NCBI GenBank assembly: GCA_033549025.1
Contig: JAWSUS010000002.1
Location: forward strand, 96,001-160,000
Direction of reading: 5' to 3'
Source of the DNA: Desulfuromonadales bacterium
GTDB lineage: Bacteria; Desulfobacterota; Desulfuromonadia; Desulfuromonadales; SZUA-540
Length of the DNA: 64,000 nucleotides
In this document: in pieces, positions 38,080 to 47,244 of the stretch
How the letters are laid out: the number at the start of each line of letters is the position of its first letter
Numbering within the stretch: position 1 is the first letter of the stretch
Notes under the pieces: model-generated
Told to the model about the DNA's origin: nothing
Seen by the model: the letters and a program-made list of their open reading frames with translations, nothing else
The model's database searches: none
Position numbers and translations under genes: made by a program

Positions 38080-38826
38080 AAATTAGGGACACTCCCCATA
38101 TTATCGATTGCAGCCGTGAAGATTTGAGCTATCATTTCCGCCATGCCAAGAATTGCACGTATCATAGCTCCCGGTTACCCGCATCACATAACCCAACGTG
38201 GCAACAACCGCGCCACCGTTTTCTTCGATGACGAAGATAGACAAACCTATCTAAAGCTGCTGGCAGACTACACCCAGAAGCATCATGTCCAGATCTGGGC
38301 TTACTGCCTGATGGACAACCATATTCATCTGCTCGCCGTACCAGAGACGGAATCCTCTCTGTCGCGCGGGATTGGGCTTACCAACCAGATGTATACCCAG
38401 TATCTCAACCGTAAGCGAGAACAGTCCGGGCGTATCTGGCAGAACCGTTTTTTTTCGTGTGTTGTCGAAAACGAACAATATCTTTGGGCGGTAGCGCGTT
38501 ACATTGAGCGCAATCCTCTCAAACCCGGGCTTGCCGCGAGCGTGGTTGATTATCGATGGTCAAGCGCCAAAGCGCATGTGAATGGCACTCAGGATTCGGT
38601 GTTGTCAGGGGATTCCTGGCTTTCACTACAGGAGCGAAGCGCGTATGCCGAATTTGTGTGCCTGGAAGACGATGAGACCGATAACACCATCCGCAGAGCC
38701 ACCAAATCCGGCAGGCCATTTGGCTCGGAATCCTTCATTGATATGTTGGAAATTCAGCTGAATCAGATATTGAAACCCGGGAAGCCGGGTCGTCCCCGGA
38801 AGGAAACCGGGGAGTGTCCCTAATTT
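38080..38826 (+). mobile_element. RAYT-type element bounded by perfect 18-bp inverted repeats
   Basis: AAATTAGGGACACTCCCC (38080-38097) and GGGGAGTGTCCCTAATTT (38809-38826) flank a single transposase gene. Confidence 0.85.
38143..38823 (+). CDS. REP-associated-type tyrosine transposase (Y1 HUH, RAYT)
   Basis: MPRIAR, HHITQRGNNR, AYCLMDNHIHL (HUH), IWQNRF, YIERNP (catalytic Tyr), YRWSS. Confidence 0.92.
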   Translation: MPRIARIIAPGYPHHITQRGNNRATVFFDDEDRQTYLKLLADYTQKHHVQIWAYCLMDNHIHLLAVPETESSLSRGIGLTNQMYTQYLNRKREQSGRIWQNRFFSCVVENEQYLWAVARYIERNPLKPGLAASVVDYRWSSAKAHVNGTQDSVLSGDSWLSLQERSAYAEFVCLEDDETDNTIRRATKSGRPFGSESFIDMLEIQLNQILKPGKPGRPRKETGECP

Positions 38827-38925
38827 TGCCTTGAATTATCGGATTTTATAGGTGGGGGAAAAATGAAGGACGCTCTCAGGTTTTAGGGGGGTGAGACTTT
38901 TAAAATCTGAATAAGACGGCAATAC

Positions 38926-39010
38926 ATGACTCATTTATGGGGCTTATTTATCTAATATGATCCATATATGAGTCATTTTTCTTGACAGAACGATTTTCAC
39001 CCAGCATAGT
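38926..39010 (+). promoter_or_regulatory. hipBA promoter with two palindromic operators
   Basis: ATGACTCATTTATGG (38926) and CCATATATGAGTCAT (38962) form a 14/15 inverted repeat; TTGACA (38982)-17 bp-CATAGT (39005). Confidence 0.7.
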
Positions 39011-39069
39011 CTTACAGACCAAATGCAGGATTGAACGGCTGCCACCAGAAACCGGGATTGAGAAAAACG

Positions 39070-39402
39070 ATGACGCAGGCACGGCCTTTTTCCAAATACA
39101 CCATAGAAGCGGTCAAGCTGCTCGGCAAGCAGATCCAGCTTGGACGCAAGCAACGTCGCTGGTCGGAAACCGAGCTTGCTGAGCGTGCCGGGATTGCCAG
39201 GGCGACTCTGCAGCGGATTGAAAAAGGGGACATGGCCTGCAAGATCGGGCTTGTCTTTGAAGTCGCGACGCTGGTCGGCATCAAACTGTTTGATGCGAAT
39301 AGCGAAACACTAAGAGGGCGAATCCATGAGGCCGACGAGCGGATCGCTCTGCTTCCCAAGCATATCCACCCCAGCAGAAAACCGGTCGACGATGAATTCT
39401 AA
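39070..39402 (+). CDS. XRE-family HTH antitoxin (HipB-like)
   Basis: RKQRRWSETELAERAGIARATLQRIEKGD HTH; overlaps the start of the hipA-like gene. Confidence 0.88.
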   Translation: MTQARPFSKYTIEAVKLLGKQIQLGRKQRRWSETELAERAGIARATLQRIEKGDMACKIGLVFEVATLVGIKLFDANSETLRGRIHEADERIALLPKHIHPSRKPVDDEF

Positions 39403-40708
39403 GCCAGAAAAATACACCGAAGCCTACGTCTGGATCTGGCTGCCGGGCGAAATCGAGCCGGTCGTCGCCGGAAAACTGACGGCGGAAAAGGACACGCTGG
39501 TTTTCAATTATGGAAAAAGCTATCTCGAACGAAACAACGCCATCGCCATCTATGACCTTGAGCTCCCTTTACGGCCGGGGGTGCTTCCCCTGCCAAAAGG
39601 GCTGACCATCCCCGGCTGCATCCGTGATGGAGCTCCAGACGCCTGGGGTCGGCGGGTGCTGCTGAACCGGTTGCTCGGGCGCAAAGGGAAAAACGCCGAC
39701 GTCTCGGGGTTGGACGAACTGACCTATCTGCTCGAATCTGGCTCCGACCGTATCGGAGCACTCGATTTCCAACGCTCACCGGTCGAATATGCGCCACGGT
39801 CCCCCGTGAACGCCTCTCTGGAAGAGTTACTCCGCTCCGCCGAGCGGGTTGAAAAAGGCATCCCCCTGAACGCAGACCTTGACGAAGCCTTGCATCATGG
39901 CAGCTCGATTGGCGGGGCACGCCCAAAGGCTCTCATCGAACATCAGAACAAAAAATACATCGCCAAATTTTCCTCGACGACCGACATCTACAGTGTCGTC
40001 AAGGCAGAATTTATTGCCATGCGCCTCGCTAAACGGAGCGGACTCCAGGCCGCTGAGGCGGAACTGACCACGGCCCTGGGCAAGGATGTCCTGCTGATTG
40101 AGCGCTTTGACCGCATATGGTGTAAAAAGGGCTGGCAACGACGCCCCATGCTTTCGGCCCTCACCCTGCTGGGCCTGGATGAAATGATGGCCCGCTACGC
40201 CAGCTACCAGGATCTGGCCGAGATTATTCGGCACAAATTCACCGAGGCACCGGCGACGCTGAAGGAGCTTTTTGCCCGCATCGTCTTCAACATCCTCGTC
40301 GGCAACACCGACGACCATGCCCGGAATCATGCGGCTTTCTGGAATGGCGAGACCCTATCCCTAACCCCGGCCTATGATATCTGCCCGCAAGGACGTAGCG
40401 GAAACGAGGCGACCCAAGCCATGCTGATCGGCGGAGACAATCGCATGAGCCGCATCTCTTCATGCCTTGAAGCCGCGCACCAATATCTTTTGTCACCAGC
40501 TGATGCCCGCGAGATTGTCAGCTATCAACTCACGATGATTGGTGATTGCTGGAATGATGTCTGCCAGCAGGCCGATCTGGGCGAAATCGATCGCAGATTG
40601 TTATGGGGTCGACAGTTTCTTAATCCCTTTGCCTTCGACGATCTGTCAGGTGAGAACGCCTCCTTGAGGACACTTTCTGACGAAACCAGAAAGAAAAACG
40701 CTCCTTGA
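39392..40708 (+). CDS. HipA-family kinase toxin
   Basis: N-terminal HipA-coupled domain, PDAWGR, SSIGGARPKA, LLIERFDR, GNTDDHARN, LTPAYDI; ATG at 39392. Confidence 0.92.
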   Translation: MNSKPEKYTEAYVWIWLPGEIEPVVAGKLTAEKDTLVFNYGKSYLERNNAIAIYDLELPLRPGVLPLPKGLTIPGCIRDGAPDAWGRRVLLNRLLGRKGKNADVSGLDELTYLLESGSDRIGALDFQRSPVEYAPRSPVNASLEELLRSAERVEKGIPLNADLDEALHHGSSIGGARPKALIEHQNKKYIAKFSSTTDIYSVVKAEFIAMRLAKRSGLQAAEAELTTALGKDVLLIERFDRIWCKKGWQRRPMLSALTLLGLDEMMARYASYQDLAEIIRHKFTEAPATLKELFARIVFNILVGNTDDHARNHAAFWNGETLSLTPAYDICPQGRSGNEATQAMLIGGDNRMSRISSCLEAAHQYLLSPADAREIVSYQLTMIGDCWNDVCQQADLGEIDRRLLWGRQFLNPFAFDDLSGENASLRTLSDETRKKNAP

Positions 40709-40896
40709 GAGCCTATTATGAAACCCACCACTTGCTGGGATTTCAAAACCATCACTGATCATTATTGTGCTCGGAGTCGAACCTGCTAGGCTTTGAAATT
40801 AATACGGGGCAGATTTTGCTCGCAAGTGCACCACCGCTTATTGCATACCTTCCGTCAGCGCCTCCATCCATTCACCCCCGTAAGGAGTTTTCCACA

Positions 40897-41643
40897 TTGG
40901 ATATTCCACGGATCTTCAACATTACCGAAAGTGCTCACCGCATTCATAACCCGTTCACACCCGAAAAGCTCGCCACTCTCGGCGCGGCGCTGCGGCTGGA
41001 AAAGGGAACCCGCGTGCTCGACCTCGGCAGCGGCTCGGGGGAGATGCTGTGCACCTGGGCACGCGATTACGGCGTCATCGGCACCGGCATCGACCTGAGC
41101 CCGTTGTTCACCGAGCAGGCGAAACACCGGGCTGCAGAACTCGGTGTCGCCAACCACGTCACGTTCATCCATGGCGATGCGGCCGGCTATGTTGCTGACG
41201 AGAAGGTAGGCGTGGCGGCCTGTCTTGGTGCTACGTGGATCGGTGGAGGCGTCGCCGGCACCATCGCGCTGCTGGCGCATAGCCTGCGCCCCGGGGGGAT
41301 CATCCTTGTCGGCGAACCCTACTGGCGGCAGCTGCCGCCGACGGAAGAGGTTGCCAAAGGGTGTCTTGCCGGCTCAATCGCCGACTTTCTGCTGCTGCCG
41401 GAGCTTCTGGCGTCTTTCGGCCACCTCGGCTACGACGTCGTCGAAATGGTTTTGGCCGACCAGGACAGCTGGGACCGATACGAGGCGGCCAAGTGGCTCA
41501 CCATGCGCCGATGGCTTGACGCCAACCCCGATGACGAACTCGCCAAAGAGGTTCGCGCCCAACTGACTTTGGAACCCGCGCGCTACGCCGCTTACACGCG
41601 TGAGTATCTCGGCTGGGGTGTGTTTGCGCTGATGACGCGGTGA
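40897..41643 (+). CDS. yjhP: Class I SAM-dependent methyltransferase, YjhP-like (TTG start)
   Basis: MDIPRIFNITESAHRIHNPFT, VLDLGSGSGEMLCTWAR, WDRYEAAKWLTMRRWL closely match E. coli YjhP as recalled; AGGAG RBS. Confidence 0.85.
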   Translation: MDIPRIFNITESAHRIHNPFTPEKLATLGAALRLEKGTRVLDLGSGSGEMLCTWARDYGVIGTGIDLSPLFTEQAKHRAAELGVANHVTFIHGDAAGYVADEKVGVAACLGATWIGGGVAGTIALLAHSLRPGGIILVGEPYWRQLPPTEEVAKGCLAGSIADFLLLPELLASFGHLGYDVVEMVLADQDSWDRYEAAKWLTMRRWLDANPDDELAKEVRAQLTLEPARYAAYTREYLGWGVFALMTR

Positions 41644-41671
41644 GAAGAGGATTGCCGGACAGGGAGAGGTC

Positions 41672-43018
41672 ATGAACGATTCCGAGGATCGCAAAACCGA
41701 ATACAAGGAAGATAGTTTGACCCTGTTGGGGGCCGTGTCTTTGGGGACGGGGGTCATGATCGGCGCCGGCATATTCGCCCTGACGGGCCAGATGGCGGAG
41801 ATGACCGGGCCGCTCTTTCCTTTGGCGTTTCTTTCGGCGGCTTTGATCGTGGCGTTCAGCGCCTACTCGTACGTGAAGATGTCCAACGCTTTCCCCTCGG
41901 CGGGAGGCATCGGCATGTATCTCTACAAGGCGTATGGCGGCACCTTGCCGACAGCTTTTCACGCCTTGCTGATGTATTTTTCGATGGTGATCGCGCAGAG
42001 TTTTCTGGCCCGCACCTTTGGTTCGTACACCGTTCAGCTTATGGAAGCGGGGGACCAGAGCCTGCTCGTTCCGGGACTGGGGATTGGTCTGCTGCTGGTG
42101 GCTTTCGTTATCAATTTGTCGGGCAACCGCCTGATTGAAGGGGTGGCTTCCTTTATTGGCCTGGTGAAAATCGGCGGCATTGTTCTCTTCGGCGTCGTCG
42201 GCGTATGGCTGGCCGACAACCTGGCGGTGGATTTCACCCGAACACCTTCCGAGTCGACGACCTCCGGCTTTCTGGCCGCCACGGCTCTGGGCATTCTCGC
42301 CTTTAAGGGCTTTACCACCATTACCAACAGCGGCTCAGAGCTTAAAGACCCCCATCGCAACGTGGGCAGGGCCATTACGATATCTATTGCCTTGTGCGTG
42401 GTTATTTACAGCCTGGTGGGGCTGGCGGTGGCCAGCAACCTCTCCCTCAGCGAAATTATCGCCACAAAGGATTATTCGCTCGCGGCGGCGGCCAAGCCGG
42501 TCCTGGGCAAGTCTGGCCTCTGGTTCACCGTCGTTTTAGCCATGGTGGCCACGGCGGGCGGGATCATTGCCAGCATTTTCGCGGTATCCAGAATGCTGGC
42601 CATGCTCACGGAAATGAAACTGGTCCCCCACAGTCATTTCGGCATGCCCGGCCCTATCCAGAAACACACCCTGGTCTACACCGTGGTTCTGGGCCTGGCA
42701 CTGACGGCATTCTTTGACCTGTCGCGGATCGCCGCCCTGGGCATCATTTTCTACCTGATCATGGATATTGCTGTTCATTGGGGCATCCTACGTTATTTGC
42801 GCCAGGACATCGAGGCCAAGGCGTGGGTGCTGATAACGGCCATTGTGCTCGATCTTGTCGTGCTCGCAGGATTTGTCTGGTTCAAACTGACGACGGATGC
42901 TCTGGTTGTCGGCGTGGCAGCCTTGGCCATGACCCTGATTCTGGTGGCTGAAAAAATCTTTCTCAGCCGCCAGCCTGCAACCGAAAGCGAGTCGGATACC
43001 GACCAGGAATCGGACTGA
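41672..43018 (+). CDS. APC-superfamily amino acid permease
   Basis: GTGVMIGAGIF, PSAGG, LAFKGFTTI...ELKDPHRN; about 12 TM helices. Confidence 0.9.
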   Translation: MNDSEDRKTEYKEDSLTLLGAVSLGTGVMIGAGIFALTGQMAEMTGPLFPLAFLSAALIVAFSAYSYVKMSNAFPSAGGIGMYLYKAYGGTLPTAFHALLMYFSMVIAQSFLARTFGSYTVQLMEAGDQSLLVPGLGIGLLLVAFVINLSGNRLIEGVASFIGLVKIGGIVLFGVVGVWLADNLAVDFTRTPSESTTSGFLAATALGILAFKGFTTITNSGSELKDPHRNVGRAITISIALCVVIYSLVGLAVASNLSLSEIIATKDYSLAAAAKPVLGKSGLWFTVVLAMVATAGGIIASIFAVSRMLAMLTEMKLVPHSHFGMPGPIQKHTLVYTVVLGLALTAFFDLSRIAALGIIFYLIMDIAVHWGILRYLRQDIEAKAWVLITAIVLDLVVLAGFVWFKLTTDALVVGVAALAMTLILVAEKIFLSRQPATESESDTDQESD

Positions 43019-43078
43019 AAGCCTGGGAGCGGGAACAGCGATGGAATTGAACTTTCCCCTTGTCATGGGAGGTTAAAA

Positions 43079-43486
43079 GTGAAGCACAATCTCTACATTG
43101 TCTGGAACGAGGCGAACAATACGGGCATCCCCATCATTGATGAGCAGCACCGGGCCATCATTTCAACCATCAACACGCTGCACTATTTCATTACGAACAA
43201 AAAGGAAGTTCACGAAATAAATTCCATTATTGTCGTGCTGGATCAATACACGAAATTTCATTTTTCCACGGAAGAGGGAATCATGAAAGATATTGAATTT
43301 CCAGACATTTCAGAACACATCAAATTTCATCATGCGTTGGCTGATACATCCAAAAAGGTCTCTATTCAGGTAAAAGAGGAGAATGACCCGGAAATTCTTC
43401 TGAGGTTTCTGAAGAATTGGTGGCTTGGCCACATCTGCGTTGAAGACCGAAAGTACGCGGACTTTTTGAAGGAAACTCAGAAGTAG
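43079..43486 (+). CDS. Bacteriohemerythrin (single domain)
   Basis: TGIPIIDEQH, HFSTEE, HIKFH, WWLGHICVED di-iron ligands. Confidence 0.92.
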   Translation: MKHNLYIVWNEANNTGIPIIDEQHRAIISTINTLHYFITNKKEVHEINSIIVVLDQYTKFHFSTEEGIMKDIEFPDISEHIKFHHALADTSKKVSIQVKEENDPEILLRFLKNWWLGHICVEDRKYADFLKETQK

Positions 43487-43517
43487 CCGTCAGCTGCAAC
43501 CTCCCTTCCCCCTGTCG

Positions 43518-44810
43518 TTACACTTCGCTTTTAGGTTTGGCCTTGCGGGGCTTCCGCCGTCGTCCCCGCCTTCGGCGGTTAGGCGCTTCGGCTGGCCTGG
43601 CCTCTTCCTGTTCGGCGGCTTTGGCCAGCGCCTTCTGCCAACTGGCGCCCAGCTCCTGCCCTTCTCCCAGCACTTTGGTCCACAGCATGAAAAGCTCGAG
43701 CACCTGCGGGGTAAGGGGATGGCGAAGCAGGCGTTGTTCGCCCCGCTTGCCGCGCCCGCGGGCCAGGCGGTAGCAGCCGACCAGCAGTTCGCGGGCCAGG
43801 TGACGGATGCCGTGGGCGACGTGAAAATAGCCGCAGTGGGGGGACAGCACCAGGTTGGCGATGCGCACGACCTCGGTGATGGGGGCCCCGTCGCCCTGGG
43901 GGCAGGCCCGCCAGAAGCGGGAGAGGTAAAGGGCGGCCAGGGCCAGGTGCTCTTCGATTGCCTGCCCGGAGGCGGTGCGCGCATCGATCAGACTCAGCAG
44001 CTCAAAGGTGTCATTGTCGGCCTCGAACCCCGCCATCAGATAAGAGAGCAGTCCCAGTGACTGGGCCTGGCGCAGCACATCGGCGGCGACCCGGTGTCGG
44101 AAGAGTTCCATGAGTTCTTCCCGAATGCGGGCCGGGGCCGCTTCGGCGATAAGGGGGGCCCGGGCATAGATGCCCTCGCGGGTCTGTTCGTCGAGAGAGA
44201 AGCCGAGCCGCGCGGCAAACTCGATGGCCCGCAGCATGCGCACGGGGTCTTCGGTAAAGCGAACCTCCGGCTTACCGATCACCCGGATGCGGCCAGCCCG
44301 CAGATCTTCGAGCCCGCCGACATAATCGATGATGGAGAAGTCGGCGATATCGTAGAAGAGGGCGTTAATGGTGAAGTCCCGGCGAAAGGCGTCCTCACAG
44401 GGGGTGCCGAAGACATTTTCGGCGAAGAAAAAATGATCATCCGGGTTTTCCGGCAGTTCGTCCTCGCGCGGCAGACGGCGGAAGGTGGCCACTTCCACCA
44501 GGCTGTCCCGGCCGAAACGAATATGGGCGAGCCGGAAGCGACGGCCGACGAGAAAACAGTTGCGGAACAGTTTTTTCACCTGGTTGGGCGTGGCGTCGGT
44601 GCCGACGTCAAAATCCTTGGGCGTGCGCCCCAGCAGCAGGTCGCGGACGCTGCCGCCGACGAGATAGGCCTTGTGCCCGTGGCTACGCAGCCGGTAAAGC
44701 ACCTTCAGCGTGTTTTCGTCGATCTGCTTGCGGGAGATGGTGTGTTCGCTGCGGGGCAGGATGACCGGTGCGGCCGCCTGTCGGGGTATGTTTTGGTGGT
44801 CTGGATTCAT
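43518..44810 (-). CDS. pcnB: Poly(A) polymerase I
   Basis: VGGSVRD, KDFDV, LVGRRFRLAHIRF poly(A) polymerase signature, RRDFTIN, EDPVRMLRA; basic tail. Confidence 0.9.
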   Translation of the reverse strand: MNPDHQNIPRQAAAPVILPRSEHTISRKQIDENTLKVLYRLRSHGHKAYLVGGSVRDLLLGRTPKDFDVGTDATPNQVKKLFRNCFLVGRRFRLAHIRFGRDSLVEVATFRRLPREDELPENPDDHFFFAENVFGTPCEDAFRRDFTINALFYDIADFSIIDYVGGLEDLRAGRIRVIGKPEVRFTEDPVRMLRAIEFAARLGFSLDEQTREGIYARAPLIAEAAPARIREELMELFRHRVAADVLRQAQSLGLLSYLMAGFEADNDTFELLSLIDARTASGQAIEEHLALAALYLSRFWRACPQGDGAPITEVVRIANLVLSPHCGYFHVAHGIRHLARELLVGCYRLARGRGKRGEQRLLRHPLTPQVLELFMLWTKVLGEGQELGASWQKALAKAAEQEEARPAEAPNRRRRGRRRKPRKAKPKSEV

Positions 44811-44992
44811 GAGGGGATCGTTTCCTGGTGTTTATCTCGCTGGCGCCTTCGGCGCACCGACTGCACAATCTAGCAAAAACCGCCGGAAGTGAAAAGGATT
44901 TATCCCGATCTGCACCGGCCGTTGATCTTTGTCGGGAAAAACCTTAGATTAACGGACGCGCCATTGATCATTGGCTTGCCATGGAGAGCAGC

Positions 44993-45898
44993 ATGTCCTT
45001 CAATCTTGTTGTCATACTCGGGCCCACGGCTTCGGGCAAAACCCGCCTGGGGGTCGAAGTGGCCCGCGCCTTGGGCGGCGAGATCATTTCCGCCGACTCG
45101 CGTCAGGTATATGTCGGCATGGATATCGGCACCGGCAAGGATCTGGAGGAATACGGCGAGGTGCCCTATCACCTGATCGACCTGGTGCCGCCGGGGCACG
45201 AATTCAACGTCTTCGAATTTCAGCGACGTTTCTACCAGGTTTTCGCCGAGATTCGTTCGCGCGGCGTTCTGCCGATTCTCGTCGGGGGCACCGGTCTCTA
45301 CCTCGACGCCGTTCTGCGCGGCTACCGGCTGGTGGAGGTCCCTGAAAATCCCGCTCTGCGCCACGAACTGGCACCTCTCTCCACCGAAGCGCTGCAGCAG
45401 CGTCTGCTGGAGCTGCGGCCTCAGCAGCACAACACCACGGACCTGGAGGATCGCGATCGCCTGATCCGGGCCATCGAAATCGCCGAGGGAGAAGCAGCCG
45501 CGGCCGCCACGCTGCCGCCGCCCCCCGAAATTCGTCCTCTGATCTTCGGCGTGCGCTGGCCGCGCGAGGTGCTGCGGCAGCGCATCACCCGGCGCCTGCG
45601 CGAGCGGCTGGAGCAGGGGCTGATCGAAGAGGTGGAAAGCCTGCGGCAGGCGGGGGTGCCTTTCGAGACGCTGGAGTTCTACGGGCTGGAATACCGCTAT
45701 GTCGCCCAATACCTGAAGGGGGAACTGAACCGCAACGACATGGTGCAGAAGCTTAACAGCGCCATCCACCAGTTCGCCAAGCGCCAGGAGACCTGGTTCC
45801 GCCGCATGGAGCGCCAGGGGACGACCATTCACTGGGTGGACGGCGGTGACAGATCGGCCGCGGCCATTCTCGCCGGCATCGGAGAAGCCGGGGCATGA
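44993..45898 (+). CDS. miaA: tRNA dimethylallyltransferase
   Basis: GPTASGKT, SADSRQVY, GGTGLY, FAKRQETWFR. Confidence 0.93.
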   Translation: MSFNLVVILGPTASGKTRLGVEVARALGGEIISADSRQVYVGMDIGTGKDLEEYGEVPYHLIDLVPPGHEFNVFEFQRRFYQVFAEIRSRGVLPILVGGTGLYLDAVLRGYRLVEVPENPALRHELAPLSTEALQQRLLELRPQQHNTTDLEDRDRLIRAIEIAEGEAAAAATLPPPPEIRPLIFGVRWPREVLRQRITRRLRERLEQGLIEEVESLRQAGVPFETLEFYGLEYRYVAQYLKGELNRNDMVQKLNSAIHQFAKRQETWFRRMERQGTTIHWVDGGDRSAAAILAGIGEAGA

Positions 45899-47160
45899 TC
45901 CCGGACAGCATTGGTCGCTACCTTCGCCGCCGGAGCATGGATGGCCCCTGGAAGCTGGAAGGGGCGACGGATCGCCTCTTTGCCGGCGCGGTGGTCATCC
46001 CCGCTCTGGCCGAGGGCGACCACCTTTTCGCCACCCTGGAGAGTCTGGCCGGCGCTACGCCGCCACCCCAGCCCTGGCTGATCATCGTGGTCGTCAACCA
46101 CCGCCGCCAGACGGACCCGCACCGCCAGCAGGTCAACCGGGACGATCTGGACCGGCTGCGCCACAGCGGCGGTTCTTTCCACGGCCTCCCCCTGGCCTGG
46201 GTCGATGCCGCCACCGATGGCCGGGAACTTCCCGACAAAGACGGCGTCGGGCTGGCCCGCAAGATCGGCTTCGACCTAGCCCTGCCCTGTCTCGATTATC
46301 GTGGTGCCCCCCCTTTGCTCGCCTCCCTCGACGCCGACACCCTGGTGCGACCCGACTACTTTCTTGCCCTGCTCCGGCATTTTCCCCAGACCAGGGCGGG
46401 GGCCGCCGTCATTCCTTTTTGCCACCAGCCCGCCGACACCGCGGAAGGGCAAGCCGCCATCGACCGCTACGAGCTCTATCTGCATCACTATGCCCTGGGG
46501 CTCGAGCTGGCCGGCTCGCCCTACGCCTTCTGGACCGTCGGCAGCGCCCTGAGCTTTCGGGCCGAGGCCTACGCCCGCATGGGGGGCATGAACCGCCGCC
46601 AGGCCGGGGAAGATTTCTACTTTCTGCAGCAGATGGCGAAAACGGCCGGGGTCGCCCGCCTGCAGGGCACCGAGGTTTATCCTTCTCCCCGCCTCTCCGA
46701 TCGTACCCCTTTCGGCACCGGGCCGACCGTCGGCCGTCTGCTGGCCGGCGAGCCAGAGGCCGTGCGATTCTACCACCCGGAGTGCTTCCGGCTGCTGGCC
46801 CGTTGGCTGGACCTGGCCGGCAGCGCGTCGGTGCACCCGGCGACCGAAGTCCTCGCGCAGGCCCGCCGCCTCTCCAACGATCTGGGCGATTTTCTGGACG
46901 GGAACGACTTCGGCTCGGTGTGGGAGCGGCTGCAAAAAAATCATCCGCAACAGGAAGGCTTTCGGCGGGCTTTTCACGGCTGGTTCGACGGGTTGAAAAC
47001 CTTGCAGCTTATCCATTGGATGAGTGATCGCCGGTTCGGCCGTCTGGCACCGCCGGCAGCCCTGCCTCCCCTGCTGGCCTGGGCCGGACTGCCGCCTGCC
47101 GACCACTCCGCAGCGCAGCTTGCCGCCCTCAGGCGTCACATGGCCGGCACCTCGACTTAA
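45895..47160 (+). CDS. Glycosyltransferase family 2-like protein
   Basis: VVIPA, GVGLARKIG, LDAD (DxD), GEDFYF, SPRLSDRTPFGTG. Confidence 0.8.
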   Translation: MIPDSIGRYLRRRSMDGPWKLEGATDRLFAGAVVIPALAEGDHLFATLESLAGATPPPQPWLIIVVVNHRRQTDPHRQQVNRDDLDRLRHSGGSFHGLPLAWVDAATDGRELPDKDGVGLARKIGFDLALPCLDYRGAPPLLASLDADTLVRPDYFLALLRHFPQTRAGAAVIPFCHQPADTAEGQAAIDRYELYLHHYALGLELAGSPYAFWTVGSALSFRAEAYARMGGMNRRQAGEDFYFLQQMAKTAGVARLQGTEVYPSPRLSDRTPFGTGPTVGRLLAGEPEAVRFYHPECFRLLARWLDLAGSASVHPATEVLAQARRLSNDLGDFLDGNDFGSVWERLQKNHPQQEGFRRAFHGWFDGLKTLQLIHWMSDRRFGRLAPPAALPPLLAWAGLPPADHSAAQLAALRRHMAGTST

Positions 47161-47244
47161 AAAATCTAAATTTTCTTTGAATTTAAACGGTTTTTTTAAT
47201 ATATTGCCTGTTTAGGAAAATGACCTTCACTGATTGAGGCTCTT

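Larger units (their letters stand above)
35213..43490. mobile_element. Accessory island: RAYT remnants, attC cassette array, RAYT element, hipBA, yjhP, APC permease, hemerythrin
   Basis: Abrupt shift to AT-richer composition right after the transglutaminase stop; return to host-like composition by pcnB; no integrase or tRNA seen; right boundary approximate. Confidence 0.65.

Noticed and set aside
37929..38231. 100-aa ORF as an intact gene
   Set aside because: Fusion of the cassette 4 fragment, the repeat and out-of-frame RAYT sequence
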